Part shown: positions 38,374 to 47,318 of the stretch, piece by piece | How positions within the stretch are numbered: position 1 is the stretch's first letter | How the letters are laid out: the number at the start of each line of letters is the position of its first letter | NCBI GenBank assembly: GCA_964425305.1 | Contig: CAYRMQ010000001.1 | Coordinates: forward strand, 1,786-65,785 | Direction of reading: 5' to 3' | Source: an uncultured Anaerolineaceae bacterium | GTDB taxonomy: Bacteria > Chloroflexota > Limnocylindria > Limnocylindrales > CSP1-4 | DNA: 64,000 nucleotides | Program-made: the position numbers and the translations under genes | The notes under the pieces: model-generated | What the model was told of the DNA's origin: nothing | Database searches by the model: none | What the model saw: only the letters and a program-made list of their open reading frames with translations

Positions 38374-39189
38374 ATGACGTGGGATGAGTTCGCGGCGCTA
38401 CGTGAGCGAAACGCGGCCTGGATCAGCCGAGCGGCCGCACCGGTCACCGGCTGGCTGATCGACGCCCTCGCCCTCCGGCCCGGCGAGGCCGTGCTCGACC
38501 TGGCCGCCGGTGCCGGCGACGCCGGCTTCGAGATCATTCGGCGAACTGGGCCCGGCGTGCGGTTGATCTCAAGCGACGTCTCGCCGGCCGTCGTCGAGGT
38601 CGCGCGAAGGGCGGCGATGCGGGAGGGTCTGGACGGCATCGAGTTCCGCGTGCTGGACGGGCAGACGCTCGACCTGCCGACAGGCAGCGTCGATGCCATC
38701 GTCTGCCGCTGGGGGTACATGCTCATGGACGACCCGCTGGCCGCCTTCCGCGAGACCGCGCGCGTATTGCGCGAGGACGGGCGCGTGACTCTGTCCGTGT
38801 GGGCCACGCCGGCGCGCAACCCGTGGTCGACGATCGATGCCGAGGTGTGCTCACGGCTGGGCTACCGGCCAATCGCACGCCCCACCGATCCCGGCCAGAT
38901 CTTCTCGCTGGCCGAGCGGGCGCGGCTGCGCCAACTGGCCGAGCAGGGCGGCCTGGCCGTGCAGCGCATGGAGGCTGTCCCCGTCGAGTGGCCGTACACC
39001 AGCGCCGAGCACTACCTGGGCAACGAGGTCGATCGGCCGGGGGTGCGGGGCGACTTCTTCCGCGCGCTGCCGGCCGAAAGTCGGGAGCTGGCGGTCAGGA
39101 TGGCTGAGGAGCTGCTGGAGCCGTACCGGGCAGCGTCAGGCTACGTCGTGCCGGGCGAGACGCTCAACGTGCTGGCAGTCCGCACGTGA
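38374..39189 (+). CDS. class I SAM-dependent methyltransferase
   Basis: This is the in-frame Met at 38374 of ORF 37675..39189. Motif I is VLDLAAGAGD, with a post-I acidic ISSDVS. Confidence 0.85.
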   Translation: MTWDEFAALRERNAAWISRAAAPVTGWLIDALALRPGEAVLDLAAGAGDAGFEIIRRTGPGVRLISSDVSPAVVEVARRAAMREGLDGIEFRVLDGQTLDLPTGSVDAIVCRWGYMLMDDPLAAFRETARVLREDGRVTLSVWATPARNPWSTIDAEVCSRLGYRPIARPTDPGQIFSLAERARLRQLAEQGGLAVQRMEAVPVEWPYTSAEHYLGNEVDRPGVRGDFFRALPAESRELAVRMAEELLEPYRAASGYVVPGETLNVLAVRT

Positions 39190-39193
39190 CCGG

Positions 39194-39215
39194 CCGCGAC
39201 AGCGGTCGCGGTTTG
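39194..39215 (+). terminator. putative intrinsic terminator after the methyltransferase gene
   Basis: CCGCGAC-AGCG-GTCGCGG followed by TTTG, 5 nt after the stop. Confidence 0.5.
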
Positions 39216-39289
39216 CGCGCTACTCAGCGGGATTGCCGGTACACTCGTTCAGTCAGCCGCGCGGCACTCCCTGCCCGACGCCGGCTCGT

Positions 39290-39411
39290 GGTGGCCTTAG
39301 CTCAATCGGCAGAGCATCGGATTGTGGCTTCTTCCGGGCTGAGCGCTGTGCTTACGAGCGTGGGTCACGGGTCGAAATCGACCGACTCCGATGCTCTCGT
39401 TGTGGGCCGCG
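39290..39411 (+). other. tRNA-His(GTG)-like element with a canonical 5' half and a non-canonical 3' half (pseudo-tRNA or tRNA-like RNA)
   Basis: Layout: G-1, acceptor GTGGCCT, TA, D arm GCTC-AATCGGCA-GAGC, A, anticodon stem TCGGA, loop TTGTGGC with GTG at 39324-39326. The matching TCCGA appears only at 39387-39391. An acceptor-complementary GGGCCGC sits at 39404-39410. No GGTTCGAATCC-type T arm is present. Confidence 0.5.
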
Positions 39412-39498
39412 CGGCTCGTTGCGCATCCGCTTGAGTGCGCGAGGACTGATCGCAGCCGGTTTCGTGCGTCCATCGGTAAGGCACGTAAGACACCGACC

Positions 39499-40266
39499 TC
39501 ACGCTACGGCCGGCTCCTCGATCTTTCGCTCCGGGCGGAAGTCGGCGGCTGGGCGCGTCGTGTCGAGAAGGAAACGCCAACGATCGCCCCGGTAGAGCGC
39601 CTCTGTATAGCGCAGTGGGTCCAGCGCCGCCGAGTAAGCCACACCCTGGATTAAGATCAGTGGCGAGCCGACAGGCACGCCTAGCACACGCGCCTCATCA
39701 CCGCGCCCTATGACGGCCTCGATCGTGTCGCGCGTTGACTCGATCCGGGCACCGACGCCAGCCATCAGCTCGCTCAGCGAGCCAGTGAGGTCGGCTTCGA
39801 GCAGTAGCGAGTAGCGCGCAGGCAGATACGAGACGTGCAGTGCCGCCGGCTCGCCCTCGACGAGCCTCAGCCGGCGCATGAAGACGACGCCAGCTTCGAC
39901 CGGTAACGAAAGCGCAGCAGCGATGTTTGACGGAGCGCGGACGAGACCGGCCTCTAGCACACGCGTCTCGAAGCCGATGCCCTGTGCGCGCATGGCGGCA
40001 GAGAAACTGAGCGACTGTGACGGCCCATGCGAGATCTTGGGCGGAGCGACGAATGTGCCCTTGCCCGGCTGCCGAAAGATCAGTCCATCGCCCACGAGTC
40101 GGTCTAATGCCTTGCGGGCTGTCATCCGACTGACTCCGAAACGTTCGGAGAGCTCGGCTTCCGAGGGGACCTGTGCGAGGGCGGCTAGGTCGCCGGACCG
40201 GATGCTCCCGCGCAACTCTTCTTCAATCTGGATGTAGAGGGGTATAGGTGACTCCCGGACAACCAT
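39499..40266 (-). CDS. GntR family transcriptional regulator, HutC subfamily (UTRA effector domain)
   Basis: wHTH VPSEAELSERFGVSRMTARKALDRLVGDGLIFRQPGKGTFV plus a UTRA-sized C-terminal domain. It lies 5 nt downstream of the kinase gene. Confidence 0.9.
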   Translation of the reverse strand: MVVRESPIPLYIQIEEELRGSIRSGDLAALAQVPSEAELSERFGVSRMTARKALDRLVGDGLIFRQPGKGTFVAPPKISHGPSQSLSFSAAMRAQGIGFETRVLEAGLVRAPSNIAAALSLPVEAGVVFMRRLRLVEGEPAALHVSYLPARYSLLLEADLTGSLSELMAGVGARIESTRDTIEAVIGRGDEARVLGVPVGSPLILIQGVAYSAALDPLRYTEALYRGDRWRFLLDTTRPAADFRPERKIEEPAVA

Positions 40267-40271
40267 TCAAC

Positions 40272-41783
40272 CTACCTCGTTTCCGCGGCTAGCCGGTTAC
40301 TCAGCGGGGCCAATCTCTCAACCGCATCCAGATATGAAGCGTACACCTGTTCATACCGGTTCACCCATGGCTGATGCGGTCGCAGTCGTCGCTTCTTCTG
40401 CTGGATGTGCCCCGCCAGCCCGACTGACAGAGCGGCCAAGACGGCAGCGCCAACGGCTGGGCCTTGAGGATGAGCCAGCCTCGTCGGCTGGCCCAGAACG
40501 GCCGTCACTATGGAGCGCCACAGATGACTCTCGCTGCCGCCACCGCCTAGGCTGGGTGTACCCATGGAAATGCCCTTCTCGATGAAGATGTCGCGGCAGC
40601 TGCGTAGCGAGAACGCGACGCCTTCCAAGACAGCGCGGCAGAGATGACCCCTTCCGTGGGCCGACGAGAGCCCGATGAAGGCTCCCCGCAGGAGCGGGTC
40701 CCAGTGGGGCGTTCGCTCGCCTTCGAGGAAGGGCAGGAACAGCAAACCTCCGGCGCCCGGCGGCAGGCCCGAGGCCTCCAAATCCATTTCCGCATATACC
40801 TCACTAGGGGTGCCCGGCTCACGAGCGAAGACCGTTTCGCGGAGCCACGTATACGAGGTGGCAGCGGTGTTTGTTGCTCCCAGGTGATACCAGAGACCGG
40901 CGACCGCATGCGGATAGGTCAGGATTCGACGATCGGGTTGCGGTTGATCAACAACGACTACGACCGTGCCCGTGCTGGCGATCTTGACCAAGGAGGACCC
41001 TGCGCGCGTCGCACCGACTGACACAAGCTCCGCAGCCGTGTCAGTCGCACCGACACAGACCGGTACGCCGGCGGTCAGGCCGGTCCGATGCGCCCACTTG
41101 CGGGTCAGGGCGCCGGCGATCGAGCCGGCCGGGGCAATCGCGGGTAGCTGAGCGGCTTCGAGCCCGGCCTCGCGAGCGAGATCCCACGCCCAGGTCTGTG
41201 TCCGCGGGTCATACATCGCCGTACCCTGGGCGTCGCTCGGATCGATGGCCGCCTGACCGGTTAGCTCGAAGCGGACGTAGTCCTTCTGGGTCAGCATCAG
41301 GTGCACTCGTGACCAGGAATCGCCCAGCTGTTGACGGAGCCAGACGAGCTGCGGGAACGTCCAGCCCGTGGTTAGCTCGACGAGAGTCCGTTCGAAGAAA
41401 CTCGCTCCGAACTCGCTGCGCAGACGTGGCACGACGCTCGCCGGTCGAGCATCCCAGCCGAGCAGCGATCGGGTCAAAGGCACACCCTGGGCGTCGAGCA
41501 GCACACCGACATGGGCGGGTGCGGTGATGCCAATGGCCTCGATACGCCGATTACCTGCGGCCGCGGAGCACTCGCGCAGCACTGTTGTGGCCGCGCGCAA
41601 CCAGTCTCGTGGCTGCTGGCTGACCTCGCCATCGAGGCCGCGCCTTGTTGCATAGCCGACCGAACGCGTCTGCAAGACACCGCCCGCCTCGTCGAGAAGA
41701 ACGGCCTTACATGCGCTGGTGCCGAGGTCGATGCCGATCGTGGCACGCGGAGCGCGTCGTCGCTTGCTCACGTTCTCACCCAT
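40272..41783 (-). CDS. FGGY family carbohydrate kinase (xylulokinase-like)
   Basis: N-terminal IGIDLGTSACKAVL, VGATDTAAE and the C-terminal GGGGSES..W motif. 503 aa. Confidence 0.9.
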   Translation of the reverse strand: MGENVSKRRRAPRATIGIDLGTSACKAVLLDEAGGVLQTRSVGYATRRGLDGEVSQQPRDWLRAATTVLRECSAAAGNRRIEAIGITAPAHVGVLLDAQGVPLTRSLLGWDARPASVVPRLRSEFGASFFERTLVELTTGWTFPQLVWLRQQLGDSWSRVHLMLTQKDYVRFELTGQAAIDPSDAQGTAMYDPRTQTWAWDLAREAGLEAAQLPAIAPAGSIAGALTRKWAHRTGLTAGVPVCVGATDTAAELVSVGATRAGSSLVKIASTGTVVVVVDQPQPDRRILTYPHAVAGLWYHLGATNTAATSYTWLRETVFAREPGTPSEVYAEMDLEASGLPPGAGGLLFLPFLEGERTPHWDPLLRGAFIGLSSAHGRGHLCRAVLEGVAFSLRSCRDIFIEKGISMGTPSLGGGGSESHLWRSIVTAVLGQPTRLAHPQGPAVGAAVLAALSVGLAGHIQQKKRRLRPHQPWVNRYEQVYASYLDAVERLAPLSNRLAAETR

Positions 41784-41802
41784 TTGGAATGGTGACGATA
41801 CG

Positions 41803-41823
41803 ACACTAGACAGGTATAGTGTG
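41803..41823. promoter_or_regulatory. operator site 1, ACACTAGACAGGTATAGTGTG (kinase/E1-alpha divergent region)
   Basis: Shares ACTAGACAGGTATA with sites 3, 5 and 6 and contains the -10-like TATAGT. Lies 20 nt from the kinase ATG. Confidence 0.6.
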
Positions 41824-41875
41824 CCAGAAGGGCGCGGTTGGGAGCCGGTGCCCTGAACAGCATGGAGAGCATCCT

Positions 41876-42898
41876 TTGTCAGACCCGACCACGCTGCCCG
41901 CAGTCGAGGCCGACTTGTCCACCGTCCCGGCGCCGCCGGACCTCGACGGCCCGCTTCTCTTCGACGGTGTCGAGCGGGAATTGGCCGTTGAACTTTACCG
42001 CCGCATGGCGCTGATCCGCGAGTTCGAGCAGCGCGTGAACAAGCTCTTCCTGCAGGGTCGCATCCCTGGAACGATCCATCTTTCGCATGGCCAGGAGGCC
42101 TGTGCCGTTGGAGGCGCCGCTGCGCTCCGCGAGAGTGACTGGGTCACCCTGACGCACCGTGGCCATGGCCAGGCGCTAGCCAAGGGTGTCTCAGCGCGTT
42201 CGCTGATGGCCGAGCTATTCGCGCGGGAGACGGGCTGTTGTCGAGGCATGGGCGGCTCGCTGCACGTTGGCGACTGGTCGATGGGCGCTCTGCCGGCGAT
42301 TGCGATAGTCGGTGCCTCTATTCCGATCTCGGCGGGCATGGCCTATGCGGCCAAGGCCCGCGGGGAAGATCGAGTGGTGCTTTGCTTCACCGGCGACGGG
42401 GCGACGACAGAAGGCGACGCCCACGAGGGGTACAACTTGGCCACGCTATGGAACCTGCCGGTCGTCTTCCTGTGCGAGAACAACCTGTACTCGATCTCGA
42501 CGCCGGTCGAGCGTCAGGCACTGGTGACTTCGGTCGCCGAGCGCGTCAAGGCCTACGGCCTGCGCTCGATGGTCGTAGATGGTAACGACGTGCTGTCGGT
42601 CTACAGGGCCGCATCTGAGGCAATTGGGCTGGCCCGCAAGGGCGCCGGGCCGACGCTCGTCGAGTGCCTGACGTATCGCCAGGGCGGGCACAAGCGCGAC
42701 GATCCGGCGACCTACCGTCCGCGCGACGAGGTGAAGCTCTGGCTCTCGCGCGACCCGCTGGACCGCATGCGCAGGGCATTGGTCGACGCCGGCCTGGCAG
42801 CCGAGGCGGAACAGGCCGAAGCCGCAGCGGGCGCGACCATCGACGACGCGGTCGCCTTCGCCGAGGACAGCCCGCCCGCCAGCGGCCTGCTGCCATGA
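41876..42898 (+). CDS. thiamine-diphosphate-dependent dehydrogenase E1 component alpha subunit (acetoin/pyruvate dehydrogenase type)
   Basis: Reads GTIHLSHGQEA, and TPP motif GDGATTEGDAHEGYNLA..NN. TTG at 41876 has GGAGAG 6 nt upstream. The track's GTG at 41819 lies inside the operator. Confidence 0.85.
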   Translation: MSDPTTLPAVEADLSTVPAPPDLDGPLLFDGVERELAVELYRRMALIREFEQRVNKLFLQGRIPGTIHLSHGQEACAVGGAAALRESDWVTLTHRGHGQALAKGVSARSLMAELFARETGCCRGMGGSLHVGDWSMGALPAIAIVGASIPISAGMAYAAKARGEDRVVLCFTGDGATTEGDAHEGYNLATLWNLPVVFLCENNLYSISTPVERQALVTSVAERVKAYGLRSMVVDGNDVLSVYRAASEAIGLARKGAGPTLVECLTYRQGGHKRDDPATYRPRDEVKLWLSRDPLDRMRRALVDAGLAAEAEQAEAAAGATIDDAVAFAEDSPPASGLLP

Positions 42899-43896
42899 AG
42901 ACCGTCATCGAGGCCCTACGCGAGGGGCTGGCCGGCGAGATGGAGCAGGACCCGGACGTCTTCGTGATGGGCGAGGACATCGGCATCGGTGGTTCATTCC
43001 ACCTGACGCTGGGACTGCTCGAGCGCTTCGGCCCGGAACGGATTCGTGACACACCCGTCTCCGAAGCCGGCTTCGTCGGTCTTGGCGTCGGTGCCGCCGT
43101 TGCTGGCATGCGACCGGTGATCGACTTCCAGTACGGCGACTTCCTGCTCTGCGCCGCCGACCAGCTTATCCAGCAGGCCTGCAAGCTGCGCCTGATGTCG
43201 GGCGGTCAGGTGCATGTGCCGCTGACACTGCACGCGCCGACTGGCGCGTCCGGGCGTGGGGCCCAGCACGCCAACTCGATCGAGAACATCTTCTACGGCG
43301 TGCCCGGCTTGATCGTCGGCCTGCCGTCGACGCCGTATGACGCCAAGGGCATGATAACCACCGGTATACGCACCGACGACCCGGTGCTGATCTGCAGCCA
43401 CAAGCACCTGTACGGCTCCAAGGGACGAAAGATCGAAGCATCGACCGCGGTCGAGGCCGTTCCCGACGAACCGTACGAGATCCCCATTGGCCAGGCCGTG
43501 GTGCGCCAGCCAGGCACGGACGTGACCATTGTCGGCGCACTACTGATGGTCCACCGAGCGCTCCAGGCGGCCGAAGCACTGGCCGGCGAAGGCATCTCGG
43601 CGGAGGTGATCGACATCCGGTGGGTCGCGCCGCTCGACACCCAGACGGTGATCGAATCCGTCCGGCGCACCGGACGGCTGCTCGTCGTCGAGGAGGGTCC
43701 CGGACTGGGTGGATGGGGTGCCTCGGTCGCCGCAGCGGTCGCCGACGAAGCGCTCGACGCGCTTGACGCACCAATCCGGCGGCTCACTGGACCTGACCAC
43801 CCGATGCCGTTTGCGCCGCATCTCGAAGCCGCACTGGTGCCCACCGCCGAACGGATCTGCCAGGTCGCCCGTGAGCTGACCGGCGCCTCGTCATGA
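42895..43896 (+). CDS. E1 component beta subunit
   Basis: Met78 of ORF 42664..43896 in an ATGA overlap with the alpha stop. Reads FVMGEDIG, RIRDTPVSEAGFVG and a transketolase-C-like end. Confidence 0.9.
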   Translation: MKTVIEALREGLAGEMEQDPDVFVMGEDIGIGGSFHLTLGLLERFGPERIRDTPVSEAGFVGLGVGAAVAGMRPVIDFQYGDFLLCAADQLIQQACKLRLMSGGQVHVPLTLHAPTGASGRGAQHANSIENIFYGVPGLIVGLPSTPYDAKGMITTGIRTDDPVLICSHKHLYGSKGRKIEASTAVEAVPDEPYEIPIGQAVVRQPGTDVTIVGALLMVHRALQAAEALAGEGISAEVIDIRWVAPLDTQTVIESVRRTGRLLVVEEGPGLGGWGASVAAAVADEALDALDAPIRRLTGPDHPMPFAPHLEAALVPTAERICQVARELTGASS

Positions 43897-45017
43897 AACT
43901 AGACGTGGTCATCCCCGAAGTCGGCGAGGCAGGCATGGAGGTGACCTTTGCCGGCTGGCTGCGCGCTGAGGGCGACGAGGTCCGCGAGGGCGATCCCCTC
44001 TTTGAGCTGGACACGGCCAAGTCGATCATGGAGGTACAGGCTTTTGCCAGCGGCACACTCACCGGCTTGCGTGTCTCCCAAGGAGATCCGGTTTCTCCTC
44101 AGCAGGTCGTGGCGCAAATCGAGACGCAGCAGACGGCTGAGCCCAGAGGGCAGATCGCGGCCACTGACGCGGCCGAGCCGCCGCCTGCCGCGAGCTATCA
44201 GGCAGCACAGCCAAGCTCCTCCTCCACTGCCGAGCCGGCCGCCACTTCGGTTGATCGCGCGGGTCAAGCCAGCCCTCGTGCTCGCCGACTGGCGGCCGAG
44301 CGCGGCATAGACCTTGGCACGCTCGAGGGCAGCGGGCCGGGCGGCATTATCACCGAGCGTGATGTACTCGGTGTCCGCGACCAGCCTTCCGAATCCGAGC
44401 GCGTACGCCAGGCCGTCGCGCGCCGTACGGTGGAGTCCTGGCAAACGATCCCCCACTTCTCGCTTCGGCTCGAGGCCGACGTCACCGACGCGCTGCAGGG
44501 GCTCCGGCCAATGGCGCTCGTCAGTAGCGTGGCTGTGCGCGCTCTGATTGAGCATCCGGAGTACAACCTGGGCTGGGATGCCGACCGACCGGCTACGCGC
44601 GAGCGGGTCGATTTGGGCATCCTGGTCGACACGCCCAACGGCCTGCTGCTGCCGGCCGTGCGTCGCGCCGAGAAGCTGGAACCTACCCAACTCGAGGCGG
44701 CCATCCGAGCCGCGGCTGAGAGAGCCCGTGCGGGCGCGCTCGACGTGCAGGACGCCGGATCTCACAGCATCACCATCTCGAACCTGGGCATGTTCGCCGT
44801 GGACGAGTTCACTGGCGTCATCCCGACCGGTGACGTCCTGCTGCTCTCGCTCGGGCGCGTGCGAGAGGTGCCGCGCCACCGTGGCGGCGAAGTCGTCAAT
44901 CGTCGCGTGCTCACGATCACGCTCAGCGCCGACCATCGGGCGCTGTCCGGAGCCGACGCTGCGCGCCTGCTGACCACGTTCGAGCGCATCCTCGCCGCGA
45001 TCGCGAGCGCCGACTGA
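43893..45017 (+). CDS. dihydrolipoamide acyltransferase (E2) with a single lipoyl domain
   Basis: ATGA overlap with the E1-beta stop. Lipoyl-Lys context LDTAKSIMEV, peripheral subunit-binding SPRARRLAAERGIDL, and catalytic DHRALSGADAARLL. Confidence 0.9.
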   Translation: MKLDVVIPEVGEAGMEVTFAGWLRAEGDEVREGDPLFELDTAKSIMEVQAFASGTLTGLRVSQGDPVSPQQVVAQIETQQTAEPRGQIAATDAAEPPPAASYQAAQPSSSSTAEPAATSVDRAGQASPRARRLAAERGIDLGTLEGSGPGGIITERDVLGVRDQPSESERVRQAVARRTVESWQTIPHFSLRLEADVTDALQGLRPMALVSSVAVRALIEHPEYNLGWDADRPATRERVDLGILVDTPNGLLLPAVRRAEKLEPTQLEAAIRAAAERARAGALDVQDAGSHSITISNLGMFAVDEFTGVIPTGDVLLLSLGRVREVPRHRGGEVVNRRVLTITLSADHRALSGADAARLLTTFERILAAIASAD

Positions 45018-45442
45018 TGATCGAGCTCGAGCTGCGCACCGAGCGCAAGATCCAGGCACTGGACGTTACCGACCTCGTATCCGCGCGCGCCTGGCCAGAC
45101 GGCTTCGTCTGGGTCTCCTGCCCGCACACGACTGCCGCCCTCGTCCTCGGCGAGTCGGACCAGGAAATGCTCGAGGATTACGAGCGCGTGGCGGCCGAGC
45201 TGTTCGCGCCCTACGAGCCGTTCAAGCACCACAAGAACGACAATCCGAATGCTGCCGCACACCTGGTCTCATCGCTCGCCGGCAGCCAGTTGCTGTTGCC
45301 CGTGTTCGGCGGTGGGCTGGCCCTGGGGGAGTACCAGCGACTGGTGTTCCTCGAGCTCGATGGTCCGCGCCGCCGGCGCCTACAGGTTGCCGGCCTGCCT
45401 GTTGCCCACCAAGCCATAGCCACGCGAGAGGTGGTCCGGTGA
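45017..45442 (+). CDS. YjbQ/UPF0047 family protein (secondary thiamine-phosphate synthase-like)
   Basis: CPHTTAALVLGESD and GEYQRLVFLELDGPRRR, typical of YjbQ. The start overlaps the E2 stop (TGATG). Confidence 0.8.
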   Translation: MIELELRTERKIQALDVTDLVSARAWPDGFVWVSCPHTTAALVLGESDQEMLEDYERVAAELFAPYEPFKHHKNDNPNAAAHLVSSLAGSQLLLPVFGGGLALGEYQRLVFLELDGPRRRRLQVAGLPVAHQAIATREVVR

Positions 45443-45903
45443 AGGTCGCGGTCGGCGCTGACGAGCTCGGCTACCTGCTCAAGGAGGCCGTCAAGGACCA
45501 TCTCGAGGGGTTGGGCCACGAGGTGCTCGACTTCGGCGTGGAGCGCGACGAGGTCGCAGACTATCCGGACGTCGCCGAGGCCGTGGCACGAGCGATCGCC
45601 GCCGGGCGAGCGGAGCGGGCGGTGCTCTGCTGCGGTACGGGCCTGGGCATGGCCATCACAGCCAACAAGGTCCCCGGCATCCGGGCCGGCACCGTGATGG
45701 ATCCGTACTCGGCGGAACGGCTGGTCAGGTCGAACAACGCGCAGATCATCTGCATGGGTGGTCGCACCATCGGGCCCGAGGTGGCCAAGCTGCTGGTCGA
45801 GCACTTCCTGGCCTCTGAATTCCAGGGCGGCAACTCAGCGCGTAAGGTGGCCAAGATCGAGGCACTGGACGCGCGGCACGCAGGCGCGAGCTCGGAGAGC
45901 TGA
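45439..45903 (+). CDS. rpiB: ribose-5-phosphate isomerase B / LacAB family sugar-phosphate isomerase
   Basis: GTG start in a GTGA overlap with the upstream stop. CCGTGLGMAITANKVPGIRA and ERLVRSNNAQIICMGGR. Confidence 0.85.
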   Translation: MKVAVGADELGYLLKEAVKDHLEGLGHEVLDFGVERDEVADYPDVAEAVARAIAAGRAERAVLCCGTGLGMAITANKVPGIRAGTVMDPYSAERLVRSNNAQIICMGGRTIGPEVAKLLVEHFLASEFQGGNSARKVAKIEALDARHAGASSES

Positions 45904-45918
45904 GCGGCCGGCCTAACT

Positions 45919-46620
45919 TCAGCCAGCGCTTCGGATGGCAACGGGGAAGCTGGACGGGCGCCTGCTGACACGCTCTTCCACGCCAAGGTACGCGGTGCGC
46001 TGCGCTTCGCCGATGCTCGTCGTGTGGGCTCGCACAATGGTCCAGTCGGGGCGGCGGACGGCGAGGAGCGCCGCACTCACGACAGCTGCCCCCCGCTCCG
46101 TCGCGTCGACGGCGTCGTCTGCCTCTATCCAGAAGCGCAGCTCGACCAGGCCGTCGCGCGCGAAGCCAGAGGCATCTCCTTCCGGTAGCGCCGCCAGCAG
46201 TTGATTCAGCATCGCCCGCGTGAACTGCCTCTCGGAGCCGGCCCCGGCAGCCGCCCTGAGCATCACGCACCACGCGGCGCCACGAGCCGGATCGCCGACG
46301 CGCCGTTCGAGGCCAACGGCAGTCTCGGTCAATCGCTCTTCTGCGGAGGTGACGTGGATCAGCACGATCTGAACACCGAGGCCAATCTCGCTCACTGCCG
46401 CTTCGTAGCGCTCGGTCGCCTCGCGCGCGACGCTTGCCGCGTCCTCACCCTCCTGCCACCAGCGCGTCTCGAAGCCATGGCCGCGGCCGCTCGCGGGCGG
46501 GTACTGCAGCCAGCTGTCCGGGCCGCCCACGGCAGCCAGCAGCCGCTCCTGTTGCTGCGCGTCGATGGGCGGCTGGGACTCGGCCTGATCGACGGTGATC
46601 AGCACGCTCCACTCCTTCAT
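45919..46620 (-). CDS. unknown protein, 233 aa, internally duplicated (paralogue B)
   Basis: ATGA overlap with paralogue A. The two halves each carry W-x-[VL]..., F-x-[TL]-R-[WF]-W-x-E-x-x-D and V/W-x-I-V-x-x-H-x-T-S. No family recognised. Confidence 0.7.
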   Translation of the reverse strand: MKEWSVLITVDQAESQPPIDAQQQERLLAAVGGPDSWLQYPPASGRGHGFETRWWQEGEDAASVAREATERYEAAVSEIGLGVQIVLIHVTSAEERLTETAVGLERRVGDPARGAAWCVMLRAAAGAGSERQFTRAMLNQLLAALPEGDASGFARDGLVELRFWIEADDAVDATERGAAVVSAALLAVRRPDWTIVRAHTTSIGEAQRTAYLGVEERVSRRPSSFPVAIRSAG

Positions 46621-47318
46621 CGCGTCTCCTCGGTGATCCGCGGCGTGCGCTTGGCCGCCCCAGGGAATGTGTCGCCATGGTTGTGCTGCGGCGTCCGCGC
46701 CTTGAAGCGGACGATCGTCCAGTCTTCGAGGCCAGTCGCAGCGAGCGCTGTGAGGACGCTGTCGCGTGCCGCCCGGTATGCGGCCGCTGGGCTATCGCCG
46801 GCGATCCAGAAGCGGAGTGTGAAACCCGAGCCGTCATCGAGCAGAAACTTCTCGGGATCGCCGCGCAGCGTGGCTGACGAGTCGGGCAGGCCCAGGCCGG
46901 CGTGAACCTGCTGCAGCAGCTCCTGCCCGGCGGGTGGATGTGGATCCCCGACCGGCGCAGAAACCTTGACGTCGACTGCCCAGGTACGAAGAGTACCGAG
47001 GTATGCCTCCCCGCGCTGCCAAGCGGGAAAGCGCCCTTCGACCGAGGCGGCGTGCGAACGAATCACCTCGACTTCGGGCAAGCCCTGGCGCCGGCAAAGC
47101 TCCCGTAGTGTTTCCCCTCCCTTGCTCACTGCCCTGGCCGCGTCCGGCGCTTCGATCCACCACGAGACGGTGAAGTCGGCGGTGCCGGTCGTCAGCTTCC
47201 GGTCCGGGCCGGGAAGGGCCGCCAAGACAGCCTCGAGCCGCTCACGTTCGGGCGCGCTCCCATCTCTAAAACGTGCCTTCAGCAGTAGACCCCATTCACG
47301 CAGCTGTTGTGAGTTCAT
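46617..47318 (-). CDS. unknown protein, 233 aa, internally duplicated (paralogue A)
   Basis: Met31 of ORF 46617..47408 in an ATGA overlap with the cupin stop. Same length and same repeated module as paralogue B (FTVSWWIEAPDA and FTLRFWIAGDS..DWTIVRFKA). Confidence 0.7.
   Translation of the reverse strand: MNSQQLREWGLLLKARFRDGSAPERERLEAVLAALPGPDRKLTTGTADFTVSWWIEAPDAARAVSKGGETLRELCRRQGLPEVEVIRSHAASVEGRFPAWQRGEAYLGTLRTWAVDVKVSAPVGDPHPPAGQELLQQVHAGLGLPDSSATLRGDPEKFLLDDGSGFTLRFWIAGDSPAAAYRAARDSVLTALAATGLEDWTIVRFKARTPQHNHGDTFPGAAKRTPRITEETR

Noticed and set aside
39186-39434. An 82-aa ORF covering the tRNA-His-like element.
   Set aside because: It has no SD and a low-complexity product. Its sequence is better explained by the tRNA-like RNA features.
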